Assembly: GCA_964613135.1 (NCBI GenBank)
Contig: CAZTHI010000001.1
Span: 14,029-70,324 of the forward strand
Source of the DNA: an uncultured Gammaproteobacteria bacterium
GTDB lineage: Bacteria; Patescibacteriota; Microgenomatia; PFEM01; CAZTHI01
Length of the DNA stretch: 56,296 nucleotides
Direction: 5' to 3'
The position numbers and the translations under genes are program-made. The notes under the pieces are model-generated. The model saw only the letters and a list, made by a program, of their open reading frames with translations, was not told the DNA's origin and searched no databases. Shown piece after piece: positions 24,424 through 33,992 of the stretch; the first letter of the stretch is position 1, and the number at the start of each line of letters is the position of its first letter.

Positions 24424-24651
24424 ATGAAGAAAAAACAATTATTTATTCAGGAACAAAAAACCTTGTCAACAAAATGGAATCGGTATAAGGGGAAAATTGT
24501 GGCCGTCATGGGCGACAAAATTTTTACCGCGACCACCGGCGCCAAGGCTAAAATCATGATCCAAAAATTAGAAAAAAAACACGGTAGGCCACCCTTAGTG
24601 ACTTATGTTCCCAAGGCCGACACTTTAATTTTGTTCTTGCATGGCCATTAG
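24424..24651 (+). CDS. DUF5678-like small protein
   Basis: 'YKGKIVAVMGDKIFTA..' pattern. Overlaps the next gene by 11 nt. Confidence 0.45.
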   Translation: MKKKQLFIQEQKTLSTKWNRYKGKIVAVMGDKIFTATTGAKAKIMIQKLEKKHGRPPLVTYVPKADTLILFLHGH

Positions 24652-25063
24652 TTTTGCTTTTAAAAAAGAAACCTCGTCTTTATTGGGAACGATTTATCGG
24701 CCGATTGCTACCGTCTTTTTCCTAAACGCAAAAACCAAGATTTTTAAACCTGTCACCATGATTGTTGACACCGGTGCCGACTATACTTTATTGCCCCGCT
24801 TTTTAGCAGAGAGCTTGGGAATCGATTTAAAAAGTGATTGCCGAAAACTGGATACCGAAGGGGTGGGCGGAAAGGAAACAGTTTTCTTTTGTAAAAGGAA
24901 AATCACGGTTAGGCTAGGGGATTGGCAAAGAAAAATTCCTTTGGGATTTTTAGACAATGATTTTATCCCGCCCTTGTTGGGCCGTCACGAATTTTTGGAA
25001 ACCTTTGAAACCGTTTTTGATAACCGGCAATTAACTTTTACCAAAAGCTTGCCCTTGGGATAG
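24641..25063 (+). CDS. retropepsin-like (clan AA) aspartic protease
   Basis: 'MIVDTGADYTLLP' is the DTG active-site motif. Confidence 0.7.
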   Translation: MAISFAFKKETSSLLGTIYRPIATVFFLNAKTKIFKPVTMIVDTGADYTLLPRFLAESLGIDLKSDCRKLDTEGVGGKETVFFCKRKITVRLGDWQRKIPLGFLDNDFIPPLLGRHEFLETFETVFDNRQLTFTKSLPLG

Positions 25064-25138
25064 CCTCTGGTTTGGGTTTACTTCGGCTGCGTGAAAACGG
25101 GAACGAGTGCTAAACCGCCGGGTAATTAAATTGTTCAG

Positions 25139-25168
25139 TTGACATCTGCGGCAGGATAAGCCTAAAGT
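25139..25168 (+). promoter_or_regulatory. promoter TTGACA-18-TAAAGT, 7 nt before the topA ATG
   Basis: Read directly. Confidence 0.55.
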
Positions 25169-25175
25169 AAAAGGC

Positions 25176-27266
25176 ATGAACTTAATTGTGGTTGAGTCAC
25201 CCACGAAAGCCAAAACTCTATCTAAGTTTCTGGGAAGCGGATTTAGTGTCCTGGCCACCATGGGCCATATCCGCGATTTGCCGGAAAGAAAAATCGGCAT
25301 CAAAATAGTTAAAAGCGGTGAGCCGCCTGCTTACAAATTTACGCCCGAATATGTCCTGATGCCGAAAAAGCAAGAAGCGATTGAAGCCTTGCAGGCGGCG
25401 GCAAAAAAAGCCACCAAGATCTATTTGGCGACCGACCCTGATCGGGAGGGTGAGGCAATCGCCTGGCATGCCGCGCAAATCTTGCGCGAAATGGAGAATG
25501 GAAAATGGAGAATGGAAAATGGAAAAAAGAAAAAATTATCAATTGCGAAGCAACAAGCTCCGCTTATTCTCAATTCTCAATTCTCAATTCCGAACATAGT
25601 TCGTATTACCTTTCATGAGATTACCAAAACAGCGATTGAAAAAGCGCTTGCTAATCCCGGTCAAATCGACCGGCAATTAGTGGACGCCCAGCAAGGCCGC
25701 CGGATTTTGGACCGACTGGTGGGTTATAAATTGTCGCCGTTATTGTGGTTTAAAATCCGCCGGGGACTTTCGGCCGGCCGGGTGCAATCGGTGGCGGTAC
25801 GCTTAATTGTCGAGCGGGAAAGGGAAATCGATAAATTCGTGCCGGTGGAATATTGGGAAATCGCCGCCGAATTACGCCGGCATATTGGCGGCCTTAAAGA
25901 GGGCGTGCCTACTTTTTTGGCCCAGTTGACCAAGATTAACGGTCAAACAGCCAAGATTACTTCTCAGGACGAAGCTTCGCCAGTGATATCAGAGCTGAAA
26001 GAAGCGGCTTATGAAGTTGGCCTGGTGGATAAAAAAGAGGCTTTCCAAAGTCCGGTGCCGCCGTTTACTACCTCCACATTACAGCAGCGGGCCGTCGGTA
26101 AATTGGGCTTTTCCAGCAAAAGGACCATGCGGGCGGCCCAGGGGCTTTATGAAAAAGGCTTGATTACTTACCACCGCACCGATTCTTTAAACATGGCCAC
26201 CGAGGCGGTCGAAGCTATCCGCTTATATATTAATAAGGTCTACGGCGAGAGATATTTGCCGAGCTCAGCTCGGTTTTATAAAACCAAATCCAAGGTCGCT
26301 CAAGAAGCGCACGAGGCCATCCGTCCTACGGACGTCGAGTTGAAAATTGAAAATTTAAAATTGGAAATTGGGGCCGACGAAATGAAGCTCTATGAGCTCA
26401 TTTGGCGGCGAACGGTGGCTTGTCAAATGGCGCCGGCGATTTGGGACCAAACCAAAATTGAAGTCCGGGCGGCCGGGAGTAAAAATATTTATGTTTTGAC
26501 CGCCGAAGGCAAAATCATCAAGTTTGACGGCTGGTTGAAAGCCTACGGTGACACGGCCCACGCCACAAGCAACACGACAGAGAATCAACTACCGGAATTA
26601 AAACAAAGTGATGATTTGGATCTCGTTAAACTCGATCCGGAGCAAAAGTTTACGGCGCCGCCGGCGCGCTACAACGAAGCCAGCTTAATTAAAACCTTGG
26701 AAGAGCTGGGCATCGGTCGGCCGTCAACCTACGCTCCGATTGTTTCCACCATTCAAGACCGGCAGTATGTCGAAAAACTGGAGGGCCGCTTTCAACCCAC
26801 CTCTTTGGGGATCACCGTTAACGATTTCCTGATGGAATATTTTCCGGATGTTTTTGATTATCAGTTTACCGCCAAAATGGAGGATGAGCTGGACGACATT
26901 GCCCGGGGAAAACGTCTTTGGCAGCCGGTGGTGGCGGATTTTTGGGGGCCGTTTGAACAAAAGTTGACCAGCGTTTCCAAGGTGGCCGAGCGGGTGGCGG
27001 TTCCCGTCGAGGTGACGGGCGAGAGCTGTCCTTTATGTAAAGAGGGCCAGCTGGTCATCCGGGTGGGTCGGTTTGGCAAATTCATTTCCTGCTCGCGCTT
27101 TCCGGCCTGTAAATACACCGCCCCCTTTGCCCAAAAGCTGGAGGGAGTTAAATGCCCCAAGTGCGGTGGCGATGTGGTAATTAAGAAAAGCAAAAAGAGC
27201 AAACAATTTTACGGCTGTAGTAATTATCCAAAATGCGACTGGGCAAGCTGGCGAAAGCCAAAGTGA
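25176..27266 (+). CDS. topA: DNA topoisomerase I
   Basis: TOPRIM 'LIVVESPTKAKT', 'TYHRTDS', C-terminal CxxC zinc ribbons. Confidence 0.9.
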   Translation: MNLIVVESPTKAKTLSKFLGSGFSVLATMGHIRDLPERKIGIKIVKSGEPPAYKFTPEYVLMPKKQEAIEALQAAAKKATKIYLATDPDREGEAIAWHAAQILREMENGKWRMENGKKKKLSIAKQQAPLILNSQFSIPNIVRITFHEITKTAIEKALANPGQIDRQLVDAQQGRRILDRLVGYKLSPLLWFKIRRGLSAGRVQSVAVRLIVEREREIDKFVPVEYWEIAAELRRHIGGLKEGVPTFLAQLTKINGQTAKITSQDEASPVISELKEAAYEVGLVDKKEAFQSPVPPFTTSTLQQRAVGKLGFSSKRTMRAAQGLYEKGLITYHRTDSLNMATEAVEAIRLYINKVYGERYLPSSARFYKTKSKVAQEAHEAIRPTDVELKIENLKLEIGADEMKLYELIWRRTVACQMAPAIWDQTKIEVRAAGSKNIYVLTAEGKIIKFDGWLKAYGDTAHATSNTTENQLPELKQSDDLDLVKLDPEQKFTAPPARYNEASLIKTLEELGIGRPSTYAPIVSTIQDRQYVEKLEGRFQPTSLGITVNDFLMEYFPDVFDYQFTAKMEDELDDIARGKRLWQPVVADFWGPFEQKLTSVSKVAERVAVPVEVTGESCPLCKEGQLVIRVGRFGKFISCSRFPACKYTAPFAQKLEGVKCPKCGGDVVIKKSKKSKQFYGCSNYPKCDWASWRKPK
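25490..25524. repeat. heptamer array AATGGAR x5
   Basis: Encodes MENGKWRMENGK. Confidence 0.9.
25566..25593. repeat. heptamer array ATTCTCA x3 plus 1
   Basis: Encodes ILNSQFSIP. Confidence 0.9.
26340..26370. repeat. heptamer array TTGAAAA-like x4
   Basis: Encodes LKIENLKLEI. Confidence 0.85.
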
Positions 27267-28153
27267 AACCATTTTTAGTTTTTGGGGTAATTAATTTAGC
27301 TCTTCTGGGGTTTATTTTGATGGCTTGGCGGGCAATTGGCAATTTTCGTCCAGCAGCACCGGCGACAGGTCCTAAAACCGCCACTCAATCCGGTTTTTCG
27401 ACGGCGATTGAAGAAGCAGAAAAGAAGGCGGAAGAATCCCGAAGACTAGCAGAAGAAGAACAGCGCAAAGTCGCCGAGACGCGGCAATTTATTGCCCAAT
27501 ACGGCCCCTGCAAAAACATCCCTATCTTAATGTATCATCACGTGGGCGATAACCCACCCTCAGGGGCTTGGCTCTATGTCCGGCCGGCGATTTTTGCTCA
27601 ACAAATGGATTTTTTAATCGGTAAAGGCTATACCGCCATCACGCTGCCGGAAGTGATGGCGGGCCTCGCTGGCGGCGCCTTGCCGGCCAAGCCGGTGGTC
27701 ATTACTTTTGACGACGGCTATGCCGATATTTTTACCCAAGCCTATCCGATCCTGCACCAAAAAAACCTGAAAGCAACGGTTTTCATCATCACCCAACTTT
27801 TGGAAGGCAGCGATTACATGACCTGGGAGCAGCTGCGGGAAATGAACAGCAGCGGCATTATGACCATTGGCAACCACACTTTGTCGCACCGGGCTTTGCC
27901 GAAATTAACCGAAGAGCAAGTGCGGGACGAAATTGTTTCCGCCCGGGAAATTTTAAACTCCCACCTGGGGATCAATGTTAATACTTTTGCCTATCCCTTC
28001 GGCAACGCTAGCCCGACGGCCACCAAAATTTTAGGGGAAATCGGCACGGCTGCGGCGGTGACCGCCAGTCGGGGATTGGCTTGCGCTAAACTTCCCTATG
28101 CTCTGCCCCGCATTCGCATTGGCAATGGCAGTCTTTCATCATATGGATTGTAA
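27233..28153 (+). CDS. polysaccharide deacetylase (NodB domain)
   Basis: 'VVITFDDGYAD..' and 'GNHTLSH'. An alternative GTG start at 27262 overlaps the topA stop. Confidence 0.8.
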   Translation: MRLGKLAKAKVKPFLVFGVINLALLGFILMAWRAIGNFRPAAPATGPKTATQSGFSTAIEEAEKKAEESRRLAEEEQRKVAETRQFIAQYGPCKNIPILMYHHVGDNPPSGAWLYVRPAIFAQQMDFLIGKGYTAITLPEVMAGLAGGALPAKPVVITFDDGYADIFTQAYPILHQKNLKATVFIITQLLEGSDYMTWEQLREMNSSGIMTIGNHTLSHRALPKLTEEQVRDEIVSAREILNSHLGINVNTFAYPFGNASPTATKILGEIGTAAAVTASRGLACAKLPYALPRIRIGNGSLSSYGL

Positions 28154-28167
28154 TTGAAGAAAAGTTT

Positions 28168-28176
28168 TGTTATCCT
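28168..28176 (+). promoter_or_regulatory. extended -10 (TGTTATCCT), 7 nt before the dcd ATG
   Basis: TGTTATCCT-ttcggca-ATG (28184). Confidence 0.45.
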
Positions 28177-28183
28177 TTCGGCA

Positions 28184-28747
28184 ATGATACTCTCGGACAA
28201 AGATATTCTTAAAAGGATTAAAAAAGGAGAAATTAAAATTCAACCTTTGGATAAAAACTGCGTCCAACCATCAACAATAGATCTTTATTTATCTGATCAA
28301 GTGAGGATTTTTGACAACTGGCAGATCGGAGTCGTTGATGTTAAAGAAAAATCGGAAACCTCCCGCCTGGTTAAGCTTGAAAAAGAAGGTTTTATTATTC
28401 ACTCCGGCGAGTTTTTACTTGGGGCAACGGTCGAAAAAATTAGCCTGCCCGATGATGTGGCTGCCAAGCTAGAGGGCCGAAGTTCTTTGGGGCGGTGGGG
28501 ATTGATCATTCATGCGACGGCCGGTTATGTGGATCCCGGTTTTTCTGGCTGGTTGACTTTTGAACTTTCTAATTTATCACGCTTGCCGATTAGAATTTAT
28601 CCGGGAATGAAAATCGCCCAGATTTGTTTTTTCCAAATGTCAAGCAAGGTTTTGCATCCCTACGGCTCCAAAAAATTAGGGAGTAAATACCAGGGTCAAA
28701 AAGGCCCAACTGCCTCCCGAGCCTGGATGGATTTTAAGAAGAATTAG
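28184..28747 (+). CDS. dcd: dCTP deaminase
   Basis: 'MILSDKDIL...VQPSTIDLYL...GRSSLGRWGL..HATAGYVDPGF'. Confidence 0.85.
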   Translation: MILSDKDILKRIKKGEIKIQPLDKNCVQPSTIDLYLSDQVRIFDNWQIGVVDVKEKSETSRLVKLEKEGFIIHSGEFLLGATVEKISLPDDVAAKLEGRSSLGRWGLIIHATAGYVDPGFSGWLTFELSNLSRLPIRIYPGMKIAQICFFQMSSKVLHPYGSKKLGSKYQGQKGPTASRAWMDFKKN

Positions 28748-30393
28748 ATTAATCTTGAAGGGTATTCCTCGGTTTTTTTATCCCATAAAGGCTGGCCGCA
28801 GTATTTTTCGCCTTCGGGACAAAAAGGCGTGTTGTGAGCTGACCAGCGGATGCCGCAGGGAGCCAATAACCAACGGCTAATTTGCGGATGGACTTGGCTT
28901 ATCTGTTGGGTTTCTTGAACCGAGGCCTGCCAAATTTCTTCCTGGGCGTTAAAACAAAGCCGCATCCGGTATTTATGATGAAGGTTTAAAAGATCACTGG
29001 ATTCGGTAAAACGAATCGGAAAGGCATTAGGCAGTCGGTATAAAGCAAATTCAGCCGGGACCCCGAGTTCTAAAAGACGATTAATAGTGGCAAAAGTTTT
29101 TTCCATAATTTCTTGGTATAAGGCAAGAGCTTTTGGGTTTTGACTGATTAAAGTAGGGACGATATAGTCCGGTTCTCCCGAATAATGAGTGCTTAGAATC
29201 GGCCGAGCGGCAGGGGTCATCCGGTGGCGTTGGTCTTGGGAATCAGCCGTATGGCTGATTTTTTTCTCAAAAGTATAAGAAATAGCATGAAGCGCTTGGC
29301 TTAACTTATGAAGCGTCGTTAGATTTAAAACATCGCCTAAAACTTTATTTTTGGCCGGGTTCAAAACCAGCTCAATCGCCTCGGCGTCTGGCAATCGGCC
29401 GGAATCCATTCCCAAAACATTTCTGACCGCGCTCGCTAAGGTTTGCGGGGCATTGACCGGCCAGTCAACTAATTTGGAATTAATGCCTCCTAATTTATGA
29501 TCGAATTCCTGATTAAAGGCTTTAGCCGCTCGGTAATCGATTGGTTGTCTTAATGAAGCCAATGCTTGGAATTCTGGGGTTTGGTTTAGCGGATAAGGAT
29601 CTTCCAGTTCATTGAAAAAATGAGGATCAAGTTTGGCGACTTGGTTAACCATCTCGTAAACGACTAATTTTGCCTCGAGCGGGACATCAGCCATGGAACA
29701 AGTCCGAAAGTAACGCATGAGAGTTAAGGCGCTAACAGTATGATAAAGATAAGAAAAAGTATCAACACCTAGAACATAGCGGGCGACCTCCTGGGCTTTT
29801 TTCTCAACTACGCCAGCATTGGCCTTTTGCCATTTTTCTCCTTTCCTTGCCGGAAAAATGCTTAAATATTCTTCTGCTACCGCCGGCTCGAGAGTTTCTT
29901 TTAACTGTTGGTAGGCGGCCATTTGTTCTTGGGCGTTTCGCAAATAAAGTTCTAAGGCTTGGCCTTCTAAAGGAGGAATAAAAAAATTGCCTTCTTTAAC
30001 GGCGACGTATCTTTGACTGACCTGTTCGGAGTTATAAAACGGATGAGCATGGAAAAAAGCCCAAAGCAGTTGGCGAGAAACATTGGCCAGGCCAAAGACG
30101 ATTTCAAAATGTTGGCGGGGGGTGAGATGACCGGCTTTTCTGGTTGATTCAATAACCTGGTCGGTAATCGGCCGATGCTTGGGATTAAGATAATCTGCCG
30201 GGCGGTAGATTTCTTTACCGGAATAGCAAGTTCTGGCGGACTCACCGGCAAAAACCGTTGGTGATGAAGCGATGCCGGCGTTTCCGGTACTTTCGGGAAC
30301 GGTGGTAATGCCTAAAATTTCGACTTGAGGCAAGGGAGAGAGGGGCAGTTTTTCAATCCCGTGATTTTTTAGCTCAGATTCCGGCCTGCCCAT
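28744..30393 (-). CDS. thyX: long ThyX-like FAD-dependent thymidylate synthase (pseudo-dimer)
   Basis: The second half carries 'DQRHRMTP'. The first half carries a degenerate 'SEQVSQRYV' (ThyX RHR..S..RY motif). Confidence 0.55.
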   Translation of the reverse strand: MGRPESELKNHGIEKLPLSPLPQVEILGITTVPESTGNAGIASSPTVFAGESARTCYSGKEIYRPADYLNPKHRPITDQVIESTRKAGHLTPRQHFEIVFGLANVSRQLLWAFFHAHPFYNSEQVSQRYVAVKEGNFFIPPLEGQALELYLRNAQEQMAAYQQLKETLEPAVAEEYLSIFPARKGEKWQKANAGVVEKKAQEVARYVLGVDTFSYLYHTVSALTLMRYFRTCSMADVPLEAKLVVYEMVNQVAKLDPHFFNELEDPYPLNQTPEFQALASLRQPIDYRAAKAFNQEFDHKLGGINSKLVDWPVNAPQTLASAVRNVLGMDSGRLPDAEAIELVLNPAKNKVLGDVLNLTTLHKLSQALHAISYTFEKKISHTADSQDQRHRMTPAARPILSTHYSGEPDYIVPTLISQNPKALALYQEIMEKTFATINRLLELGVPAEFALYRLPNAFPIRFTESSDLLNLHHKYRMRLCFNAQEEIWQASVQETQQISQVHPQISRWLLAPCGIRWSAHNTPFCPEGEKYCGQPLWDKKTEEYPSRLI

Positions 30394-30401
30394 AGGAAAA
30401 T

Positions 30402-30407
30402 AGTATA
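30402..30407 (-). promoter_or_regulatory. -10 box TATACT, 8 nt before the thyX ATG
   Basis: The minus strand reads TATACT-attttcct-ATG. Confidence 0.4.
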
Positions 30408-30532
30408 GAGCTTTATTTCAGAAAATCAAGAGGAATATAATTTGATCTGGTTGTTGCCAGTTGACAGGAAAAGCCGGTAATGTTATTTCTAAATCAGAGC
30501 AGGCCTGCCCCCGTTGGTTTTTTTGTCGGAAA

Positions 30533-31168
30533 ATGAAAATTCATAACTATCCCGGTTTTTTTGTGGATATTGAGGGCTTAGATGGTAGCGGTGCCAGTAC
30601 CCAGGTGGCTTTAGTTTCTCAAAAAATGAAAGAAATGGGAATTCAGCCTTTTGCCACCAAAGAACCGACGAATGGCCCGGTGGGAGAATTAATCCGCAAG
30701 ATTCTCAAAGGTGGTCATAAGAATATTTCCCCCGTGTCTTTAAGATTGCTTTTTGCCGCTGATGGCGGATTTCATTTAGACCAAGAAATTATTCCCCGCT
30801 TAAAGAAGGGGAGAATGGTAATTACGGACCGATATGCCTGGTCTTCGGTCGCTTTTGGCTCGGTTGATTTGTCTAAAGAGTGGCTTTTTGAATTAAATAA
30901 AGATTTTATTCTTCCCGACTTGACTTTCTTTATCGAAGTTGAACCCGATGTTTGTCTGGAGCGTTTAGTTGAAGAAAAGAAGGGAGTCGCCCTTTTTCGT
31001 AAAAAGGAAGAGCTGATGCATACTTGGGATACCTATCGCTGGCTGGCGGAGAAATACTGGTGGGCTCAGATCACGATGGTTGATGGCGAAAAACCAGAAG
31101 AAGAAGTGGCGGAGGCGATTTTGGCCCGCCTCAAAGTTCACCCCAAATTCAAAAAAATGTTAAAATAG
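30533..31168 (+). CDS. tmk: thymidylate kinase
   Basis: 'FVDIEGLDGSGASTQ' (P-loop variant) and 'ITDRYAWSS'. Confidence 0.8.
   Translation: MKIHNYPGFFVDIEGLDGSGASTQVALVSQKMKEMGIQPFATKEPTNGPVGELIRKILKGGHKNISPVSLRLLFAADGGFHLDQEIIPRLKKGRMVITDRYAWSSVAFGSVDLSKEWLFELNKDFILPDLTFFIEVEPDVCLERLVEEKKGVALFRKKEELMHTWDTYRWLAEKYWWAQITMVDGEKPEEEVAEAILARLKVHPKFKKMLK
31158..31166 (+). promoter_or_regulatory. extended -10 (TGTTAAAAT), 7 nt before the glyA ATG
   Basis: Formed by the last tmk codons: TGTTAAAAT-aggcttc-ATG. Confidence 0.55.
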
Positions 31169-31173
31169 GCTTC

Positions 31174-32484
31174 ATGGACGATATTTTTGCGTTGATTAAA
31201 AAAGAAGAAAAGCGGCAGAAAGAGGGGCTAGCATTAATCCCCTCGGAAAACTATGTCAGTCAAGCGGTACGGCGGGCAGTTGGTTCGGTTCTGGAAAATA
31301 AATACGCCGAGGGCTACCCCCGCAAGCGCTACTACACCGGCAACGAATTTGTCGATCAAATCGAGGCCTTGTGTAGACAGCGAGCCAAAGAAGTGTTCAG
31401 CGTTCCCTATGTTAATGTCCAACCCTATTCCGGCTCGCCGGCAAACCTGGAAATATTCGGAGCCATTTGCAAACCAGGAGACTTGGTACTTTCGCAACTG
31501 CTTTCTCACGGCGGCCATTTATCGATGGGCCAAGCAGCCAGCTACACCAGCCGCTATTACCGGGCCGAGTATTATCACCTGACGGCCGGGGGTGAAATTG
31601 ATTTTGCCGAGCTGGAAAAACTGGCGCAAAAATTGCGACCCAAGATTATCTGGTCGGGCGGCACCGCTTACACCAAAATTTTTAATTGGCAAAAATATGC
31701 CGAAATTGCCGATCAGGTCGGAGCGTATTTTGTGGCCGATATTTCCCACATTGCCGGTTTGGTGGCCGCCGGAGTTCACCCCAGCCCGGCTGCTTTTGCC
31801 CACGTGATCATGACGACGACTCATAAAACTTTGCGCGGACCGCGGGGGGCCATGATCATGGTCACCGCCAAAGGGCTTAAAAAAGATCCCGAACTGCCGC
31901 AGAAAATTGATTTCTCGGTTTTCCCCGGCCACCAAGGCGGGCCGCATATTAATAAGATCGCGGGGATTGCCGTCGCCCTTCGCGAAGCTCAGGGCAAGCC
32001 TTTCGCGGAGTATGCCGCGCAGATTATTAAAAACGCTAAAATGTTGGCGCAAGAGCTGAAAAAAGAGGATTTTAATTTAGTCGGCAACGGGACGGCCAAT
32101 CACATGATTTGGCTTGATCTACGCAATAAAAATATCGAAGGTTGGCACGCCCACGTGACTCTGGAAGCGGCCCACATTTACGGCAATAAACAAACAATTC
32201 CTTTTGACCCCCGGCCGCCTTTTTATCCCTCCGGCTTCCGGATTGGCACGCCGGCAGTGACGACCCGGGGCATGCAAGAAAAAGAGATGAAAACCATCGC
32301 CGGATTTATCAATGAAGGTGTGGAGATTGCCCGACAACTGAACGTGGCCGGTATTGGCAGCCCCGATAAAGCGATTGACCAGGCCGCCCGGAAAAAATTT
32401 AAAGATCGTCTCAAAAAAGACCCGCAAATTACCAAGCTGCGCCAAAAAGTGATCAAATTTGCCCAGAAATTTCCGGTTCCCTAA
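31174..32484 (+). CDS. glyA: serine hydroxymethyltransferase
   Basis: 'LIPSENYVS', 'TTTHKTLRGPRG'. Confidence 0.9.
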   Translation: MDDIFALIKKEEKRQKEGLALIPSENYVSQAVRRAVGSVLENKYAEGYPRKRYYTGNEFVDQIEALCRQRAKEVFSVPYVNVQPYSGSPANLEIFGAICKPGDLVLSQLLSHGGHLSMGQAASYTSRYYRAEYYHLTAGGEIDFAELEKLAQKLRPKIIWSGGTAYTKIFNWQKYAEIADQVGAYFVADISHIAGLVAAGVHPSPAAFAHVIMTTTHKTLRGPRGAMIMVTAKGLKKDPELPQKIDFSVFPGHQGGPHINKIAGIAVALREAQGKPFAEYAAQIIKNAKMLAQELKKEDFNLVGNGTANHMIWLDLRNKNIEGWHAHVTLEAAHIYGNKQTIPFDPRPPFYPSGFRIGTPAVTTRGMQEKEMKTIAGFINEGVEIARQLNVAGIGSPDKAIDQAARKKFKDRLKKDPQITKLRQKVIKFAQKFPVP

Positions 32485-33992
32485 TGATGAACGAGACACC
32501 ACGCGAAGAGTGCGGCCTTTTCGGGATATATTTTAAAAGGCCTTTGCTGACCAAGGATTTAGTGGGGATTGCCCTTGCCGGCCTTTTGGTAAACCAACAT
32601 CGGGGAGAAGAATCGGCCGGAGTTTGCCTGGCCAATGGGCAAAAGGTTTTCCTCCCCTTTAAAAAGATGGGTTTAGTTAGGGGTTTATATCAAGCTTATC
32701 TCAAGGGAAATCAAAAGAGAAGAAAACAAAAGGGGCTGGCGGCGATTGCTCACACCCGTTATTCCACTACCGGCTCCTCCAATATTGCCAACGCGGCTCC
32801 TTTCTTGTTTCGTTTAGCCAAGCTGGGGAGCCTGGCGGTTGCCCATAACGGCAATATTACCAATGCGCTGGGCTTAAAAAAAGAACTGCAGAAAAAAGGT
32901 TACCGCTTTTCTAGCACCACCGACAGTGAGGTGATCGGTAATTTAATTTTAAGCTGTTCTGGCCGTTCCTGGGAGGAGAAAATGGTTCAGGCTTTAAACA
33001 AGCTTCAGGGTTCTTTCAGCTTGCTTTTGCTGACCAAGGATGCGGTTTTTGGCGCCCGCGACCCAATGGGCAACCGGCCCTTATCTTACGCCGAATTTTT
33101 AAAAGACGGGCTGGTTGGTTATGCCTTGTCATCAGAGACGCCCGCTTTTGACAGTCTTGGTATTCATTACCAAAGGGAAATTAAGCCCGGGGAGTTAATT
33201 AAATTTTCTCAATCCGGCTTGCGATCCAGAAAATTTTCCCAAAAGATCGCGCCGGCCTTTTGCGCCTTAGAAATCGCCTATTTAATGCGGCCCGATTCCC
33301 GGATCCAAAAAATTCAGCTTGATACTCTCCGGCGGCGGTTGGGGGCAATTTTAGCGAAAAGCCATCCGGCTCCTAAAAACGTGGCTTGGGTGACCTACAT
33401 TCCGGAATCGGCCAGGTCGGCCGCCGAGGGGTTTGCTGAAGAAACGGCCAAAATATCTGCTCAGCCGCTTTCTATGAGGACCGCGATGTTAAAGGGACGT
33501 TACGGAACCATTGACGGGGCGATCAGAGGCTTTATCAACCCCCGTAAAACCGTCAGAAACGCCGTGGCGCACACCAATTATTTCCCTTTTGACTGGCTCA
33601 TCGGCAAAAAAATTATTTTGGTTGACGATTCTATTATTAGGGGAACCACGACGGGAGCGGTGGTGGGTATGTTGCGCGATAAAGTAGGGTATTTGCGCAA
33701 CGCTGGAGCCACCGAAGTGCATGTCAGGATTATTTTTCCGCCGGTGAACGGCCCTTGTCCCTTAGGCACAGACATTAATGAACAAGATTTTCTGATTGCC
33801 AGAGAGTTAAAAAAGGAAAGGAAAATTGCCCGTTATCTGGGGGCGGAGTCTTTGGCCTATTTATCGGTGGCCGAATTTACCGCCGGCGTCAAAGAAGTTC
33901 TGGGAAAGGATTTTGGTTTATGTTTAGGCTGTACGACCGGAAATTATTCGGTCACCGGTTTTGCGGCCGATAAAAGTATCTTTGAAAAATGA
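32484..33992 (+). CDS. purF: amidophosphoribosyltransferase
   Basis: N-terminal 'CGLFGIY' and the PRTase loop 'ILVDDSIIRGTT'. Confidence 0.85.
   Translation: MMNETPREECGLFGIYFKRPLLTKDLVGIALAGLLVNQHRGEESAGVCLANGQKVFLPFKKMGLVRGLYQAYLKGNQKRRKQKGLAAIAHTRYSTTGSSNIANAAPFLFRLAKLGSLAVAHNGNITNALGLKKELQKKGYRFSSTTDSEVIGNLILSCSGRSWEEKMVQALNKLQGSFSLLLLTKDAVFGARDPMGNRPLSYAEFLKDGLVGYALSSETPAFDSLGIHYQREIKPGELIKFSQSGLRSRKFSQKIAPAFCALEIAYLMRPDSRIQKIQLDTLRRRLGAILAKSHPAPKNVAWVTYIPESARSAAEGFAEETAKISAQPLSMRTAMLKGRYGTIDGAIRGFINPRKTVRNAVAHTNYFPFDWLIGKKIILVDDSIIRGTTTGAVVGMLRDKVGYLRNAGATEVHVRIIFPPVNGPCPLGTDINEQDFLIARELKKERKIARYLGAESLAYLSVAEFTAGVKEVLGKDFGLCLGCTTGNYSVTGFAADKSIFEK

Noticed and set aside
31519-32052. 177-aa minus-strand ORF
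   Set aside because: It is antisense to glyA and has no motif. It is a shadow ORF.
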